From: Candidatus Tepidifontimicrobium thermophilum | GTDB taxonomy: Bacteria > Sysuimicrobiota > Sysuimicrobiia > Sysuimicrobiales > Sysuimicrobiaceae | Assembly: GCA_031459915.1 (NCBI GenBank) | Contig: JAVKHO010000018.1 | Location: forward strand, 5,190-58,490 | Direction of reading: 5' to 3' | DNA length: 53,301 nt | Shown: positions 1-9,666 of the stretch, piece after piece | Layout: each line of letters opens with the position of its first letter | Position numbering within the stretch: the first letter of the stretch is position 1 | Program-made: the position numbers and the translations under genes | Notes under the pieces: model-generated | Databases searched by the model: none | What the model saw: the letters and a program-made list of their open reading frames with translations, nothing else | Told to the model about the DNA's origin: nothing

Positions 1-361
1 CACCGTGGTGGGCGTGGGGCGACGGTTGCGGGAAGCGAACCCCGAGATCGAAATCGTGGCGGTGGAGCCGGACGATCCGCTGCACGGGATCGAGGGGCTG
101 AAGCACATCGCCAGCTCCATCCGGCCCGGCATCTACGACCCCTCGGTCCACCACCGGAAGATCGGGGTGAGCACCGAGGCGGCGTACGCCATGGCGCGGC
201 GCCTGGCGCGGGAGGAGGGGATGTTCGTGGGGGCTTCCACCGGTGCCGCGGTGTGGGCAGCCCTGCAGGTGGCCAGAGACCTGCGGGAGGGGCTGGTGGT
301 GGCGCTGGCGCCCGACGGAGGGGACCGGTATCTGAGCACCGCCCTGTGGCGGGACGTGTAG
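1..361 (+). CDS. cysM: PLP-dependent cysteine synthase (CysM/CysK family), C-terminal part, truncated at window start
   Basis: GVGRRLRE..EIVAVEP, HGIEGLKH, ARRLAREEGMFVGASTGAAV and PDGGDRYLST match the cysteine synthase C-terminus; adjacent to a Mec-like JAB peptidase. Confidence 0.85.
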   Translation, partial: TVVGVGRRLREANPEIEIVAVEPDDPLHGIEGLKHIASSIRPGIYDPSVHHRKIGVSTEAAYAMARRLAREEGMFVGASTGAAVWAALQVARDLREGLVVALAPDGGDRYLSTALWRDV

Positions 362-397
362 GCGGCCCGGCAGCGCGCGGTGTGGTATTTTGGTGAC

Positions 398-841
398 GTG
401 GCAGACCGGGGAGCTGACACGCGGACCCAAGCCGCCGAGGCCGAGCGGTTGCGGCTGAGCCGGGTTCACCTGGAGGCCATGGTGGCGCACGCGCGGGAGG
501 AAGCGCCCAACGAGTGCTGCGGTGTCCTGGCGGGACGGGACGGGAGGGTGGAACGCGTGCGGCCCGTGGCCAACGCGGACCGCAGCCCGTACACGTACCG
601 GATGGACCCGCACGAGCTGCTGCGGGCGTACCGGGAGGCGGACGAGGAAGGGCTGGAGGTGCTCGGCTACTACCACTCGCACCCGGCGACCCCGGCGGTG
701 CCGTCCCGCACGGACGTGGCCCGCGCGGTGGACCCGTTTGCCGTGTACGTGATCGTGTCCCTGGCCAGCGAGCCGCCGGAGGTCCGGGCCTACCGGATCT
801 TGGACGGCCGCTACCGGGAGCTGGAGCTGAGCGTGGGGTGA
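398..841 (+). CDS. mec: JAB/MPN (M67) metallopeptidase, CysO-cysteine peptidase (Mec+)-like
   Basis: PNECCGVLAG and the JAMM motif YHSHPATPAVPSRTD; GTG 398 lies 6 nt after TG-N-TATTTT (alternative GTG 380). Confidence 0.85.
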   Translation: MADRGADTRTQAAEAERLRLSRVHLEAMVAHAREEAPNECCGVLAGRDGRVERVRPVANADRSPYTYRMDPHELLRAYREADEEGLEVLGYYHSHPATPAVPSRTDVARAVDPFAVYVIVSLASEPPEVRAYRILDGRYRELELSVG

Positions 842-1296
842 GGTTCTCAACTCGGGCCGAGTACGGCCTGCGCGCCCTCATCGACCTGGCCCTGTTCGGC
901 CACGAGGGGCCGGTGCAGACCCACGACATCGGCCGTCGCCAGGGCCTGCCGGAGCCGTATCTGAACCAGCTGCTGGCGCAGCTGCGCCGCGCCGGCTTGG
1001 TGGTGAGCAAGCGCGGCCCCCACGGGGGCCACCGGCTGGCGCGGCCCCCGGAGGCCATCCGGCTCCACGAGGTGTTCCTGGTCCTGGAGGGCACCACGTC
1101 CCCGTGGGAGTGTGTGGACCGCGACGACCCTGACTGCACGTACGCCCACGGCTGCGGGCTCCGGCCCCTGTGGCTGCGCCTGAAGGAGGCCACGGACGAG
1201 GTCCTCCGGAACACCACCCTCGCGGACCTGCTACCCGCCTTCCCCGTGCCCTCTCGCACCTCGGTCGACAGACAGCGGGCGCGGCCCGTGCTATAA
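838..1296 (+). CDS. Rrf2 family transcriptional regulator (IscR/CymR-like, three Cys)
   Basis: [43 protein letters not shown]-x7-C-x5-C; GTGA overlap with the mec stop. Confidence 0.9.
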   Translation: MRFSTRAEYGLRALIDLALFGHEGPVQTHDIGRRQGLPEPYLNQLLAQLRRAGLVVSKRGPHGGHRLARPPEAIRLHEVFLVLEGTTSPWECVDRDDPDCTYAHGCGLRPLWLRLKEATDEVLRNTTLADLLPAFPVPSRTSVDRQRARPVL

Positions 1297-1297
1297 T
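1269..1297 (+). promoter_or_regulatory. sigma-70 promoter with extended -10 upstream of sigH
   Basis: CAGACA (1269-1274), 17 bp, TATAAT (1292-1297) preceded by TG at 1289-1290; overlaps the rrf2 stop codon. Confidence 0.65.
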
Positions 1298-1450
1298 CAA
1301 CCTGGAAAAGCGGCATCGGTTCGGAACACGATCGGGAACAGGGTTTTCCTGGAAACGCGGGTCGTGCCCGACCGAGTGGGCTACGGGGGACAGAGCCCCA
1401 GGGGTGCGTTGTCCAGGAGGGCCCTGTTCCTCGTTTGTTGCGGACGTTCC

Positions 1451-2113
1451 ATGGGGACGCCGGTGGCGGAGGAAAAGCTGACCCGTCTTGCCCACCCCTC
1501 CGGGGCCGACGGCGCACCGGGACCCGAGCGGGATCGCGCCCGCTTTGAAGCTCTGGTGCGGGAGCACCTGGACGGCCTCTACGGAGCCGCTTTGCGCCTC
1601 ACCCGCAACCGGGCGGACGCGGAGGACCTCCTGCAGGAGACCCTGCTGAAGGCTTGGCGGTCCTTCCACACCTTCCAGGAGGGGACCAACGCGCGGGCGT
1701 GGCTGTTCCGGATCCTCATGAACGCCCACATCGACCGCTACCGCAAGACCTCCCGGGAGCCCGAAACCACCGACGTGGAGGACGTGGGCGACTTCTACCT
1801 CTACAGCAAGGTGCAGGAGTCGGAGCTGCTCCGCAGGGCGGGCGACCCTGAGAAGCTGCTCGAGCGGGTGATGGAGCATGAGGTCCGCGAGGCGCTGGAG
1901 TCCCTGCCGGACCACTTCCGAAGCGTGGTGATCCTGGCGGACCTGCAGGGGTTTTCCTACCGGGAGATCTCGGACATCCTGGGGATCCCCATGGGCACGG
2001 TGATGTCCCGGCTGTTCCGAGGCCGGCGGCTGCTGCAGCGGAAGCTGTGGGACTACGTGCGGTCCCACCACCGGATCACCACCGCCGGGGAGGGCGCGGC
2101 CGTTGGACTGTAG
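1451..2113 (+). CDS. sigH: ECF sigma factor, SigH/SigR-like
   Basis: [47 protein letters not shown] (region 2); [26 protein letters not shown] (region 4); start could be GTG 1463. Confidence 0.88.
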   Translation: MGTPVAEEKLTRLAHPSGADGAPGPERDRARFEALVREHLDGLYGAALRLTRNRADAEDLLQETLLKAWRSFHTFQEGTNARAWLFRILMNAHIDRYRKTSREPETTDVEDVGDFYLYSKVQESELLRRAGDPEKLLERVMEHEVREALESLPDHFRSVVILADLQGFSYREISDILGIPMGTVMSRLFRGRRLLQRKLWDYVRSHHRITTAGEGAAVGL

Positions 2114-2330
2114 GGAGTTCGAGGCCAAGCTGTGGGCCTTCCTGGACGGCGAGCTGGACGCGGCGGCCTGCGCGCAACTCCGGGCTCACCTGGAGGACTG
2201 CCCGGGCTGCCTGGATCACTACCGGTTCGAGGACGCTCTGCGCCTGTTCGTGCGGCGCTGCTGCCAGGAGACCGTCCCCGACGCCCTCCGCGCCCGGCTC
2301 GACCGCCTCCTGGCCCGCCTGGAAGAGTAG
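2103..2330 (+). CDS. rshA: Zinc-binding anti-sigma factor, RshA/RsrA-like
   Basis: ZAS motif HLEDCPGC, N-terminal [11 protein letters not shown], extra CC; overlaps the sigH 3' end. Confidence 0.85.
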   Translation: MDCREFEAKLWAFLDGELDAAACAQLRAHLEDCPGCLDHYRFEDALRLFVRRCCQETVPDALRARLDRLLARLEE

Positions 2331-2406
2331 CTGCGGCCCCGGGGCGTGTCCCCGCAGGGCAGGCCGGCACCTCTCCAGTTCTCGAGATGGTCTAGACTGG
2401 TCCCCG

Positions 2407-3300
2407 GTGCGACGTGCGGCCATCGACGTCGGGACCCACTCCGTGCGCCTCCTCGTGGCGGACGTGCAGGACGGGGGGGTGCGCCCCGTCCTGCGCCGGC
2501 TAGAGGTCACCCGCCTGGGCGAGGGGGTGGATGGCACCGGGCTGCTCCTGCCGCAGGCCATCGGCCGGACCGTCCGTGCCGTGCGGACGTTCTGGCGCCT
2601 GGCGGAGCAGGCGGGGGCGGAGCGGGTGACGGTGGTGGGAACGAGCGCGGTACGGGAGGCGGCCAACCGCTCCACCCTGATCCGGGACCTGAAGCCCATC
2701 CAGCTCCGGGTGCTCACCGGGGAGGAGGAGGCAGAGCTGGGCTACCGGGGGGTCCGCGCGGGAGTTCCGGATGTCGCGGACCCCGTACTGGCAGTAGACG
2801 TGGGGGGCGGCAGCACCGAGCTGGTGTGCGGGAGCGGCGAACAGGTGCGGTACAGGGTCAGTCTGCCGGTGGGCTCCGTGCGACTCACGGAACGCTACCT
2901 GCACGCGGACCCACCCACGGAGGTGGAAGCGCTCGCGGCCCGACAGGAGGTGGCGGACTGCCTGAGGCCCCACCGGCACGCCCTGGCGGGCCCCCGGGTG
3001 GCCGTGGGTGTGGGGGGCACGGTGACTTCCCTGGCGGCGGTGGACCTGAGCCTGGATCCCTACGACCCTGACCGCGTCCACGGCCACCGTCTGTCCGCGA
3101 GCCGGTTGCGCTCGCTGGCACGGGGACTGTGTACGATGCCTCTGTGCCTGCGCCGACGCCTGCCGGGCCTCCTGCCCGAGCGGGCGGACGTGATCTGCGG
3201 GGGTGCCCTGGTGCTGGAAACGGTGGTGGAGGTTCTGGAGCTCGCGGAGGTGGTGGCCAGCGAGGCCGACCTCCTGTGGGGCGTAGTCCTGCACCTGTAG
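2407..3300 (+). CDS. ppx: Ppx/GppA family exopolyphosphatase
   Basis: AAIDVGTHSVRLLVAD, TSAVREAAN, LTGEEEA, VDVGGGSTEL, ERADVI. Confidence 0.9.
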   Translation: MRRAAIDVGTHSVRLLVADVQDGGVRPVLRRLEVTRLGEGVDGTGLLLPQAIGRTVRAVRTFWRLAEQAGAERVTVVGTSAVREAANRSTLIRDLKPIQLRVLTGEEEAELGYRGVRAGVPDVADPVLAVDVGGGSTELVCGSGEQVRYRVSLPVGSVRLTERYLHADPPTEVEALAARQEVADCLRPHRHALAGPRVAVGVGGTVTSLAAVDLSLDPYDPDRVHGHRLSASRLRSLARGLCTMPLCLRRRLPGLLPERADVICGGALVLETVVEVLELAEVVASEADLLWGVVLHL

Positions 3301-3352
3301 GCCTTCGACCAGCGGCACCTCTCGTCGGTTGAGCATGAAACGGGGCTAGGCT

Positions 3353-4828
3353 GTGCGGACCAAACTGGGACTCCTCCTCGTGGTGTTGGCCGCGGCGGCC
3401 GGCGTGCTGTGGTCCCTGGGGCTGGGGTTCCCGCGGGCGCCGGAAGCTGTAGACGCGGTGCGGGTGCGCAGGGGCGATCTGGAGGTGACGCTGGCCGTGT
3501 CCGGCGTGGTGGAGGCGCGGGCGGTGGATCTGGCCTTCCAGGTACCCGGGCGCCTGCGGTGGGTGGTGGCAGAGGGCCAGCAGGTGGCACCGGGGCAGGT
3601 GGTGGCAGCCCTGGAAGCCGGTGAGCTGGAGGCCGACGCACAACAGGCCCGCCACGCGCAGCGGGCGGCGGAGGGGGAGGCCCTGAGGGCGCAGGCCCAG
3701 GTGCGGGCAGCCTTGGAAGAGGTCCGCAGGGCCCAGGCGGCCACAGACGCGGCGCGCGCCCAGGTGCAGCAGGCGGAGGCGGCCTTACGTGGGGCCCAGG
3801 CGCGGCTGGCGGAGCTGGTGGCGAACCCGCGGCCCGAGGACGTCCGGCAGGCGGAAGCCGCGGTGAAGTCCGCGCAGGCCGCATGGGAGCAGGCCCGCCA
3901 GGTCCTGGAGGCGCAGGAGCGGCTGCACCGGGAAGGCGCTACCAGCCGGGCGCAGCTGGAGGCCGCTCGTGCCCAACACGATGCGCTGTTGGCGCAGCTC
4001 CAGCAGGCACAGGCCCAGCTGCATCGCGTGAGGGCGGGGCCATCGCGGGAGGCGGTGGCCGCCGCGCGGGAGCAGGTGCGCCAGGCCGAGGCCGCCCGCC
4101 AGGCCGCCGCCTCCCAGCTGCGTCAGGCCGAGGCCGCGCTGCAGGCCACCACCGCCGGTTTAGACCAGGCACGGGCTGTGGCCCTGGCGGCCCTCGAGCG
4201 CGCGGCGCAGGCCCGGGCTGCCCGCAGGGCGGCGGAGGAACGGCTGGCGCGGGCTGTGCTGAGGGCGCCCTTTGCGGGTCAGGCGACCCGGGTGTACCTG
4301 CGGGAGGGGGCTGTGGTCTCACCGGCCGCTCCGGTCCTCACCCTCGCGGACGCCAGCCGGTGGGTGGTGGCGGAGGTGGAGGAAGCGGACGTGGGGAAGG
4401 TTCGGGTGGGCCAGCGCGCCCGGATCACCGCCGACGCCTACCCGGGTGTGGCGGTCCCAGCGAGGGTCGTCCAGATCGCGGGCCAGGTGGACACCAAGGT
4501 AGGCACTCGGGTGGTGCGTGTCCGGCTGGACCTGGAGGCCCGCACCCCCCTTCGGGTCGGAACCGGGGTGGATGTGGACCTTGTGATCCGCCGGGTGCCC
4601 GGCGCCCTGCTGGTGCCCTTGGAGGCGGTGGTGTCGGCCGCGGACGGTGGAAGCCAGGTGTACCGGGTGGAAGACGGGGTGGTGCGGGTCCGGTCGGTGA
4701 AGACCGGCGAGCGCAACGAGGACCAGGTCGTTGTCCTGGACGGCCTGCGGGAGGGCGACCTCGTGGTCGTGGCGGAACCCGGCAGGCTGCGGGACGGGCA
4801 GCGGGTCCGGGTGCGGTCGGTGCGGTGA
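3353..4828 (+). CDS. HlyD/MacA-type membrane fusion (periplasmic adaptor) protein
   Basis: N-terminal TM helix, long Ala/Gln coiled coil, [30 protein letters not shown]. Confidence 0.88.
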   Translation: MRTKLGLLLVVLAAAAGVLWSLGLGFPRAPEAVDAVRVRRGDLEVTLAVSGVVEARAVDLAFQVPGRLRWVVAEGQQVAPGQVVAALEAGELEADAQQARHAQRAAEGEALRAQAQVRAALEEVRRAQAATDAARAQVQQAEAALRGAQARLAELVANPRPEDVRQAEAAVKSAQAAWEQARQVLEAQERLHREGATSRAQLEAARAQHDALLAQLQQAQAQLHRVRAGPSREAVAAAREQVRQAEAARQAAASQLRQAEAALQATTAGLDQARAVALAALERAAQARAARRAAEERLARAVLRAPFAGQATRVYLREGAVVSPAAPVLTLADASRWVVAEVEEADVGKVRVGQRARITADAYPGVAVPARVVQIAGQVDTKVGTRVVRVRLDLEARTPLRVGTGVDVDLVIRRVPGALLVPLEAVVSAADGGSQVYRVEDGVVRVRSVKTGERNEDQVVVLDGLREGDLVVVAEPGRLRDGQRVRVRSVR

Positions 4829-5568
4829 GCTCCGTCGTCGAGCTCCGGGACGTCACCAAGGTCTACCGCTTGGGTTCGGTGGAAGTCCGCGCCTTGCGCG
4901 GAGTCCGGCTGCAGATCGAGTCCGGCGAGTTTGTGGCCGTCATGGGGCCTTCGGGCTCCGGCAAGTCTACCCTGCTGAACATCGTGGGCTGCCTCGACCG
5001 CCCCACGGACGGCGCGTACCTGCTGGAGGGGCAGGACACCCGATACCTCAGCGACGACGCGCTCAGTGAGGTGCGCAACCGGAAGGTGGGCTTCGTGTTC
5101 CAGACGTTCAACCTGCTGCCCCGCCTGACGGCCCTGCAGAACGTGGAGCTGCCCCTGCTGTACGCGGGCGTGCCCCGGGCCGAGCGCCGTCGCCGCGCCG
5201 CCGAGTTGCTGGCGCGGGTGGGGCTGGCAGACCGGCTGTACCACCGCCCTCGGGAGCTGTCGGGCGGCCAGCAGCAGCGGGTGGCGGTAGCCCGGGCGCT
5301 AGCCAACCACCCCGCCATCGTCTTGGCGGACGAGCCGACTGGCAACCTGGACAGCCGGTCCGGGGAGGAAGTGCTGGCCCTGTTCCAGGAGCTGAACCAG
5401 GCGGGCGTCACCATCGCCCTGGTGACCCACGACCGGGAGGTGGCGGAACACGCGCGTCGCATCGTCACCCTGCGGGACGGCCGGGTGGTGCGGGACGAGC
5501 CCGTGCGGTCGCCCCGAGACGCACGCGAGGTGCTGCGCCAGATGCCTGGGGAACCGGAGGGGCCGTAG
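4825..5568 (+). CDS. ABC transporter ATP-binding protein (MacB/LolD-like)
   Basis: Walker [10 protein letters not shown], signature [10 protein letters not shown], Walker [15 protein letters not shown] overlap. Confidence 0.93.
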   Translation: MSSVVELRDVTKVYRLGSVEVRALRGVRLQIESGEFVAVMGPSGSGKSTLLNIVGCLDRPTDGAYLLEGQDTRYLSDDALSEVRNRKVGFVFQTFNLLPRLTALQNVELPLLYAGVPRAERRRRAAELLARVGLADRLYHRPRELSGGQQQRVAVARALANHPAIVLADEPTGNLDSRSGEEVLALFQELNQAGVTIALVTHDREVAEHARRIVTLRDGRVVRDEPVRSPRDAREVLRQMPGEPEGP

Positions 5569-5570
5569 CT

Positions 5571-6779
5571 GTGGGGTTGCTGGAGGCGCTGCGGGTCGCG
5601 TTGGAGGCGCTGCGGGCCAACCCCCTCCGGTCGGTCCTGACGACCCTGGGCGTGGTGATCGGCGTGGCGGCGGTGATCACCCTGGTTTCCGTGGGGCAGG
5701 CGGCCCGCAGCCGGGTGGTGGGGGAGTTCGCCAGCCTCGGCCCGGACCTCCTGTGGGTGCTCCCGGGGAAGGCGGAGGAGGGCCAGCAGTTCGCCACCCA
5801 GGAGGGCCGGTTCACCCTGACGTTCTCGGACGCCCAGGCGATCCAGCGCGAGGCCCGCGCGGTGGCGGCGGTGGCGCCCTGGTTGCAGACCTCCATCGAG
5901 GTGACGGGCGGTGGCCGCCGGGAGGTGACCACCGTGATCGGGACCACCCCCAGCTACCTGCAGGTGCGGGCGCTGCGCCTGCAGCTGGGCCGGTTCCTCT
6001 CGGAGGCGGACGAGGAGCGGCGCAAGCGGGTGGTGGTCCTGGGTCCGACCCTAGCTCGCCGGCTGTTCCGGGCCCCGGAGCTGGCCGTGGGGCGGCGCGT
6101 GGTGATCAACGGCCGCGCCTTCGAAGTGGTGGGCGTCGTGCACCCCCAGGGGCAGGTGTTGGGCGTGGATCTGGACGACCGCGCCTACATTCCCTTCAGC
6201 ACGGCTCAACTGCTGTTCTCGGTGAACTACGCCTCGTTTCTGTTCGTGAAGGCGCAAGACACGGCTTCCGTCCTGCGGGCGCAGCGGGAGGTGGAGCGGG
6301 TGCTCCGCCGCGAGCACGGCGAGGAGGACTTCACCGTCCTCACCCAGAGTCAGTTCCTCGGTGCCCTGGACGCGATCCTGCGGGTGCTCACGGTGGCGCT
6401 GTCCTCCATCGCCGCCGTCTCCCTGGTGGTGGGGGGCATCGGGATCATGAACATCATGCTGGTGTCCGTGACGGAACGGACCCGGGAGATCGGCATCCGC
6501 AAGGCCGTGGGCGCCAAGCGCTGGGACATCCTGGCGCAGTTCCTGGTGGAGGCGGTGGTCATCAGCCTGGTGGGTGGTGTTCTGGGTATGGGGCTGGGAC
6601 TGGTAGCGTCGTGGGCCATCGCCGCGCGGCTGCTGGACCAGGCTCCCACGGCCGCCGCGGCGCTGCCGGTGGTGGTGCTGGCCTTCAGCTTCTCGGTCCT
6701 CGTCGGTGTGGCCTTCGGGGTGTACCCCGCGTGGCGGGCCGCCCGCCTGGACCCCATCGAGGCCCTGCGGTACGAGTGA
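5571..6779 (+). CDS. ABC transporter permease (MacB/FtsX-like)
   Basis: LRSVLTTLGVVIGVAAV, VGGIGIMNIMLVSVTERTREIGIRKAVGA, PAWRAARLDPIEALRYE. Confidence 0.93.
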   Translation: MGLLEALRVALEALRANPLRSVLTTLGVVIGVAAVITLVSVGQAARSRVVGEFASLGPDLLWVLPGKAEEGQQFATQEGRFTLTFSDAQAIQREARAVAAVAPWLQTSIEVTGGGRREVTTVIGTTPSYLQVRALRLQLGRFLSEADEERRKRVVVLGPTLARRLFRAPELAVGRRVVINGRAFEVVGVVHPQGQVLGVDLDDRAYIPFSTAQLLFSVNYASFLFVKAQDTASVLRAQREVERVLRREHGEEDFTVLTQSQFLGALDAILRVLTVALSSIAAVSLVVGGIGIMNIMLVSVTERTREIGIRKAVGAKRWDILAQFLVEAVVISLVGGVLGMGLGLVASWAIAARLLDQAPTAAAALPVVVLAFSFSVLVGVAFGVYPAWRAARLDPIEALRYE

Positions 6780-6785
6780 GCAGGT

Positions 6786-6813
6786 TTGACCGGAACGGGC
6801 CGCCGGCTATACT
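6786..6813 (+). promoter_or_regulatory. sigma-70 promoter for tRNA-fMet
   Basis: TTGACC (6786-6791), 16 bp, TATACT (6808-6813), 12 nt before the tRNA. Confidence 0.8.
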
Positions 6814-6825
6814 AGAGTTTGGCGA

Positions 6826-6902
6826 CGCGGGGTGGAGCAGCCAGGTAGCTCGCCGGGCTCATAACCCGGAGGTCGCAGGTTCAAATCCTGCCCCCGCTAC
6901 CA
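6826..6902 (+). tRNA. initiator tRNA-Met (CAT)
   Basis: 77-nt cloverleaf CGCGGGG...CCCCGCT-ACCA with unpaired C1:U72, anticodon arm CCGGG-CTCATAA-CCCGG with three G-C pairs, GGTTCAAATCC T-arm, encoded CCA. Confidence 0.97.
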
Positions 6903-6937
6903 CGATCTTCCTTGCGGGAATACCTCTCTTGGCCCTG

Positions 6938-6959
6938 AGCGGTGCCGGGTGGCACCGTT
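6938..6959 (+). terminator. hairpin downstream of the tRNA, possible terminator
   Basis: AGCGGTGCC-GGGT-GGCACCGTT 9-bp stem; only a weak U-rich tail. Confidence 0.35.
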
Positions 6960-7126
6960 GTTGCTCCCACCGGAGGTGTATGCCGTACCGCCGCACCGCT
7001 CCCTGGCCGGTGGGAGAGGCCGGCCGCACTGCGGCCGGAAGCCCCCTCCGCCGGCTCCTGCTAGCGCCTCCGTCGGGTCCCCCGAATCCTCGGCCCCACC
7101 TGTGGCCTCAGCCGGAGGCCGGGGCG

Positions 7127-7513
7127 ATGGAAGAGCCGCAGGGTCCCACCCTCCTGGTGGTGGACGACGAGGAAGCTTTGTGTCAGCTCATCCGGGACGC
7201 GCTGGCGCGGCGGGGCTACCGGGTGCTGGTGGCCACCAGCGGGGTGGACGGCGTCCGTCTGTACCGGGAGCACGCGGGGCACGTCCAGCTGGTCATCCTG
7301 GACATGGTGATGCCCGGCATGGATGGCCGCGCGGTGTTCGACGCCCTGCGGACCATCGACCCGGAGGTGCGGGTGCTGGTGAGCAGCGGGTACATGGACG
7401 AGGGGACCGCGGCCAGCATCCTGCGCCAGGGGGTCGCGGGGTTTCTGCGCAAGCCGTACACCCTCCGGGAACTGGTGGAAGCGGTGCAGGCAGCCCTCGG
7501 CAAGACTCCCTAG
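7127..7513 (+). CDS. Single-domain response regulator (receiver only)
   Basis: LLVVDDE, LVILDMVMPGMDG, SSGY, FLRKPY; GGAGG 8 nt upstream. Confidence 0.88.
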   Translation: MEEPQGPTLLVVDDEEALCQLIRDALARRGYRVLVATSGVDGVRLYREHAGHVQLVILDMVMPGMDGRAVFDALRTIDPEVRVLVSSGYMDEGTAASILRQGVAGFLRKPYTLRELVEAVQAALGKTP

Positions 7514-7564
7514 CCCCCCTCGCCCGTCCTGTATGATAGGGCTGGGCCGGCTCAGGAGCGCGCG

Positions 7565-8224
7565 GTGCGGCGTCGAGACAGTCTAACGATCGATCGGTCG
7601 ACTCAACCCCGGAGCCGCGGGGGGGCCAACCGGGACCGCCTCTTGGAGGTGGCGGCCCGGCTGTTCCACGCGAAGGGGTATTCCGCCACCAGCATCCGTG
7701 ATCTGGCGCGGGCCCTGGGGCTGGAGACCGCGTCCCTGTACCACTACATGGACAGCAAGGAGTCCCTCCTGTACGAGATCGCCCGCCGCTGCCAGGAACG
7801 GATGCTGGAGGCGGTGGAGGCGGTGGTCCGGTCGCCCCGACCGGCCCTGGACAAGCTCCGGGATTTCGTGAGGGTGCACGTCACGTGGATGATCCAGGAC
7901 CGGGACGCGTACGCGGTGTTGTTGTCGGAGATGAAGTCGCTGTCCGGCCGCCGCCGGCAGGCGCTGGTGCGGCTGCGGGACGCCTACGAGGAGCGTCTGA
8001 TGCGGGTCCTGGAGGAGGGCCAGCAGCAGGGGGTGGTCAGGGCGGACGTGCCCGTGCGCTACCTTCGCCTGGCGCTGCTGAACCTCCTCAACTGGACCCT
8101 GTACTGGTACCGGCCGGACGGCCCCCTGGGGCCCGCGGAGCTGGCGGAACTGCTGACCTCTGTGTTCCTGGACGGGGTCCGGCCCCGGGAGGGGTCTGGC
8201 AACACCACCGCGCAGAGGGGGTGA
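7565..8224 (+). CDS. TetR family regulator (PaaR/KstR2-like)
   Basis: AARLFHAKGYSATSIRDLARALGLETASLYHYMDSKESLL; C-terminal LNWTLYWYRPDGPL; TATGAT -10 at 7532-7537. Confidence 0.92.
   Translation: MRRRDSLTIDRSTQPRSRGGANRDRLLEVAARLFHAKGYSATSIRDLARALGLETASLYHYMDSKESLLYEIARRCQERMLEAVEAVVRSPRPALDKLRDFVRVHVTWMIQDRDAYAVLLSEMKSLSGRRRQALVRLRDAYEERLMRVLEEGQQQGVVRADVPVRYLRLALLNLLNWTLYWYRPDGPLGPAELAELLTSVFLDGVRPREGSGNTTAQRG
7583..7598. promoter_or_regulatory. candidate TetR operator (imperfect palindrome)
   Basis: CTAACGATCGATCGGT in the first codons of tetR; resembles PaaR-type operators. Confidence 0.5.
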
Positions 8225-8227
8225 CGG

Positions 8228-9664
8228 ATGCGCAGCCCGGAGGAGTACCTGGCGAGCCTACGGGACGGCCGGCGGGTGTACTACCGGGGCCGTCGGGTGG
8301 AGGACGTCACCACTCACCCGCACCTGAGGAAGGGCGCGGACGTGTGTGCCCTCGACTTCCAGCTGGCGCACCAGCGGGTCGACGACCCCACCTTTGTGGT
8401 GCAGGACCCGCAGACGGGGCGGCGGTACAGCCGGTACTTCCACGTGCCGCGCGGCCCGGACGACCTGCTGCGGCGGAGGGACCTCATCGAGACGGTGACG
8501 CGGGAGGCCCGGTCCTTCGTGCCCCTCATCAAGGAGATCGGGACTGACGCGCTGTTCGCCCTCCTGATCGTGTGCGCGGAGATGGACCGGGAGCTGGGGA
8601 CTTCCTTCCTGCCCCGGGTCCAGGCGTTCTACGAGCGGTGCCGGGACGGAGACCTGGCCATGGCCGTGGCGCAGACGGACGTGAAGGGGGACCGCGGCAG
8701 ACGGCCTTCGGAACAGCCGCACCCCGACCTGTACGTGCGCTGCGTGCGTGAGACCGCCGACGGGATCGTGGTGCGGGGGGCGAAGGCCCACACCACCAAC
8801 GCCGTGTACAGCAACGAGATCCTGGTGCTGCCCACCCGGGCGATGACGGAGCGGGATGCCGCCTACGCGGTGGCGTTCGCGGTCCCCGCGGACACGCCGG
8901 GCCTGACCTTCGTAGCCAGCCCCCGGGGCTTCGGGGCCACCAGTCCCTTCGACAACCCCCTGAGCAGCCGGTACGGGATCACGGAGTCGCTCACGGTGTT
9001 CGACGACGTCTTCGTGCCGTGGGAGCGGGTGTTCCTGTGCGGGCAGTGGGCCTACGCGGGGCCTCTGGCGAAGACCTTCGTGGAATTCCACCGGTTTACC
9101 GCCATCTCGTACAAGACCCCCCTGCTGGAGCTCCTGGTGGGTTCTGCCGCGTGGATGGCGGAGGCGCAGGGCATCGCCGCGGCGGGGCACGTGCGGGATA
9201 AGCTGGCGCGGCTGGTGATGTACGCGGAGACGGTCCGGGGGCTCACCACGGCCGCGGCCGTGGAGGGCAGGACGGTGGACGGGATCTTTGTCCCAAACGT
9301 TGTCCTCACCAACGCGGCGAAGTACTACTTCGCCCGCGGATACCACGACGCGGTCCGGGACGTGCAGGACATCGCGGGCGGCCTGTTGGTGACGGGGCCC
9401 GCGGAGGAGGACCGGAGCAACCCGGAGGTGTGGGCGCTCATTGAGCCCTACCTGCAGGGCCGCGCGGGCACGTCGGGAGAGGCGCGGCTGCGGATGATGA
9501 ACCTGATCCGCGACCTGGCGGCCTCGGACCTGGGCGGTTACCTGGAGGTGCTGGCCATCCACGCGGAGGGATCCTTGGAAGCGCAGAAGCTCACCGTGCT
9601 CATGGACTACGACCTGGAGCGCGTGAAGCGGCTGGCGGCTCGGGCGGGGGGGCTGGAGGTGTAG
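8228..9664 (+). CDS. 4-hydroxyphenylacetate 3-hydroxylase / 4-hydroxybutyryl-CoA dehydratase family flavoprotein
   Basis: EEYLASLRDGRRVY, AQTDVKGDR, GIVVRGAKAHTT, VFDDVFVPWERVF, IHAEGS; lacks the AbfD cluster cysteines. Confidence 0.85.
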   Translation: MRSPEEYLASLRDGRRVYYRGRRVEDVTTHPHLRKGADVCALDFQLAHQRVDDPTFVVQDPQTGRRYSRYFHVPRGPDDLLRRRDLIETVTREARSFVPLIKEIGTDALFALLIVCAEMDRELGTSFLPRVQAFYERCRDGDLAMAVAQTDVKGDRGRRPSEQPHPDLYVRCVRETADGIVVRGAKAHTTNAVYSNEILVLPTRAMTERDAAYAVAFAVPADTPGLTFVASPRGFGATSPFDNPLSSRYGITESLTVFDDVFVPWERVFLCGQWAYAGPLAKTFVEFHRFTAISYKTPLLELLVGSAAWMAEAQGIAAAGHVRDKLARLVMYAETVRGLTTAAAVEGRTVDGIFVPNVVLTNAAKYYFARGYHDAVRDVQDIAGGLLVTGPAEEDRSNPEVWALIEPYLQGRAGTSGEARLRMMNLIRDLAASDLGGYLEVLAIHAEGSLEAQKLTVLMDYDLERVKRLAARAGGLEV

Positions 9665-9666
9665 CC

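Noticed and set aside
1300..1445. SigH autoregulatory promoter from several GGAA(C/A) motifs
   Set aside because: None gives GGAAY-N18-GTT spacing when counted; a sigma-70 extended -10 explains transcription
3650..4260. Repeat-like CAGGC/GAGGC runs
   Set aside because: They encode the Ala/Gln coiled coil of the membrane fusion protein, not a DNA repeat or CRISPR
6826..6902. tRNA as an integration site of an island or prophage
   Set aside because: No integrase and no duplicated tRNA 3' end seen in the window
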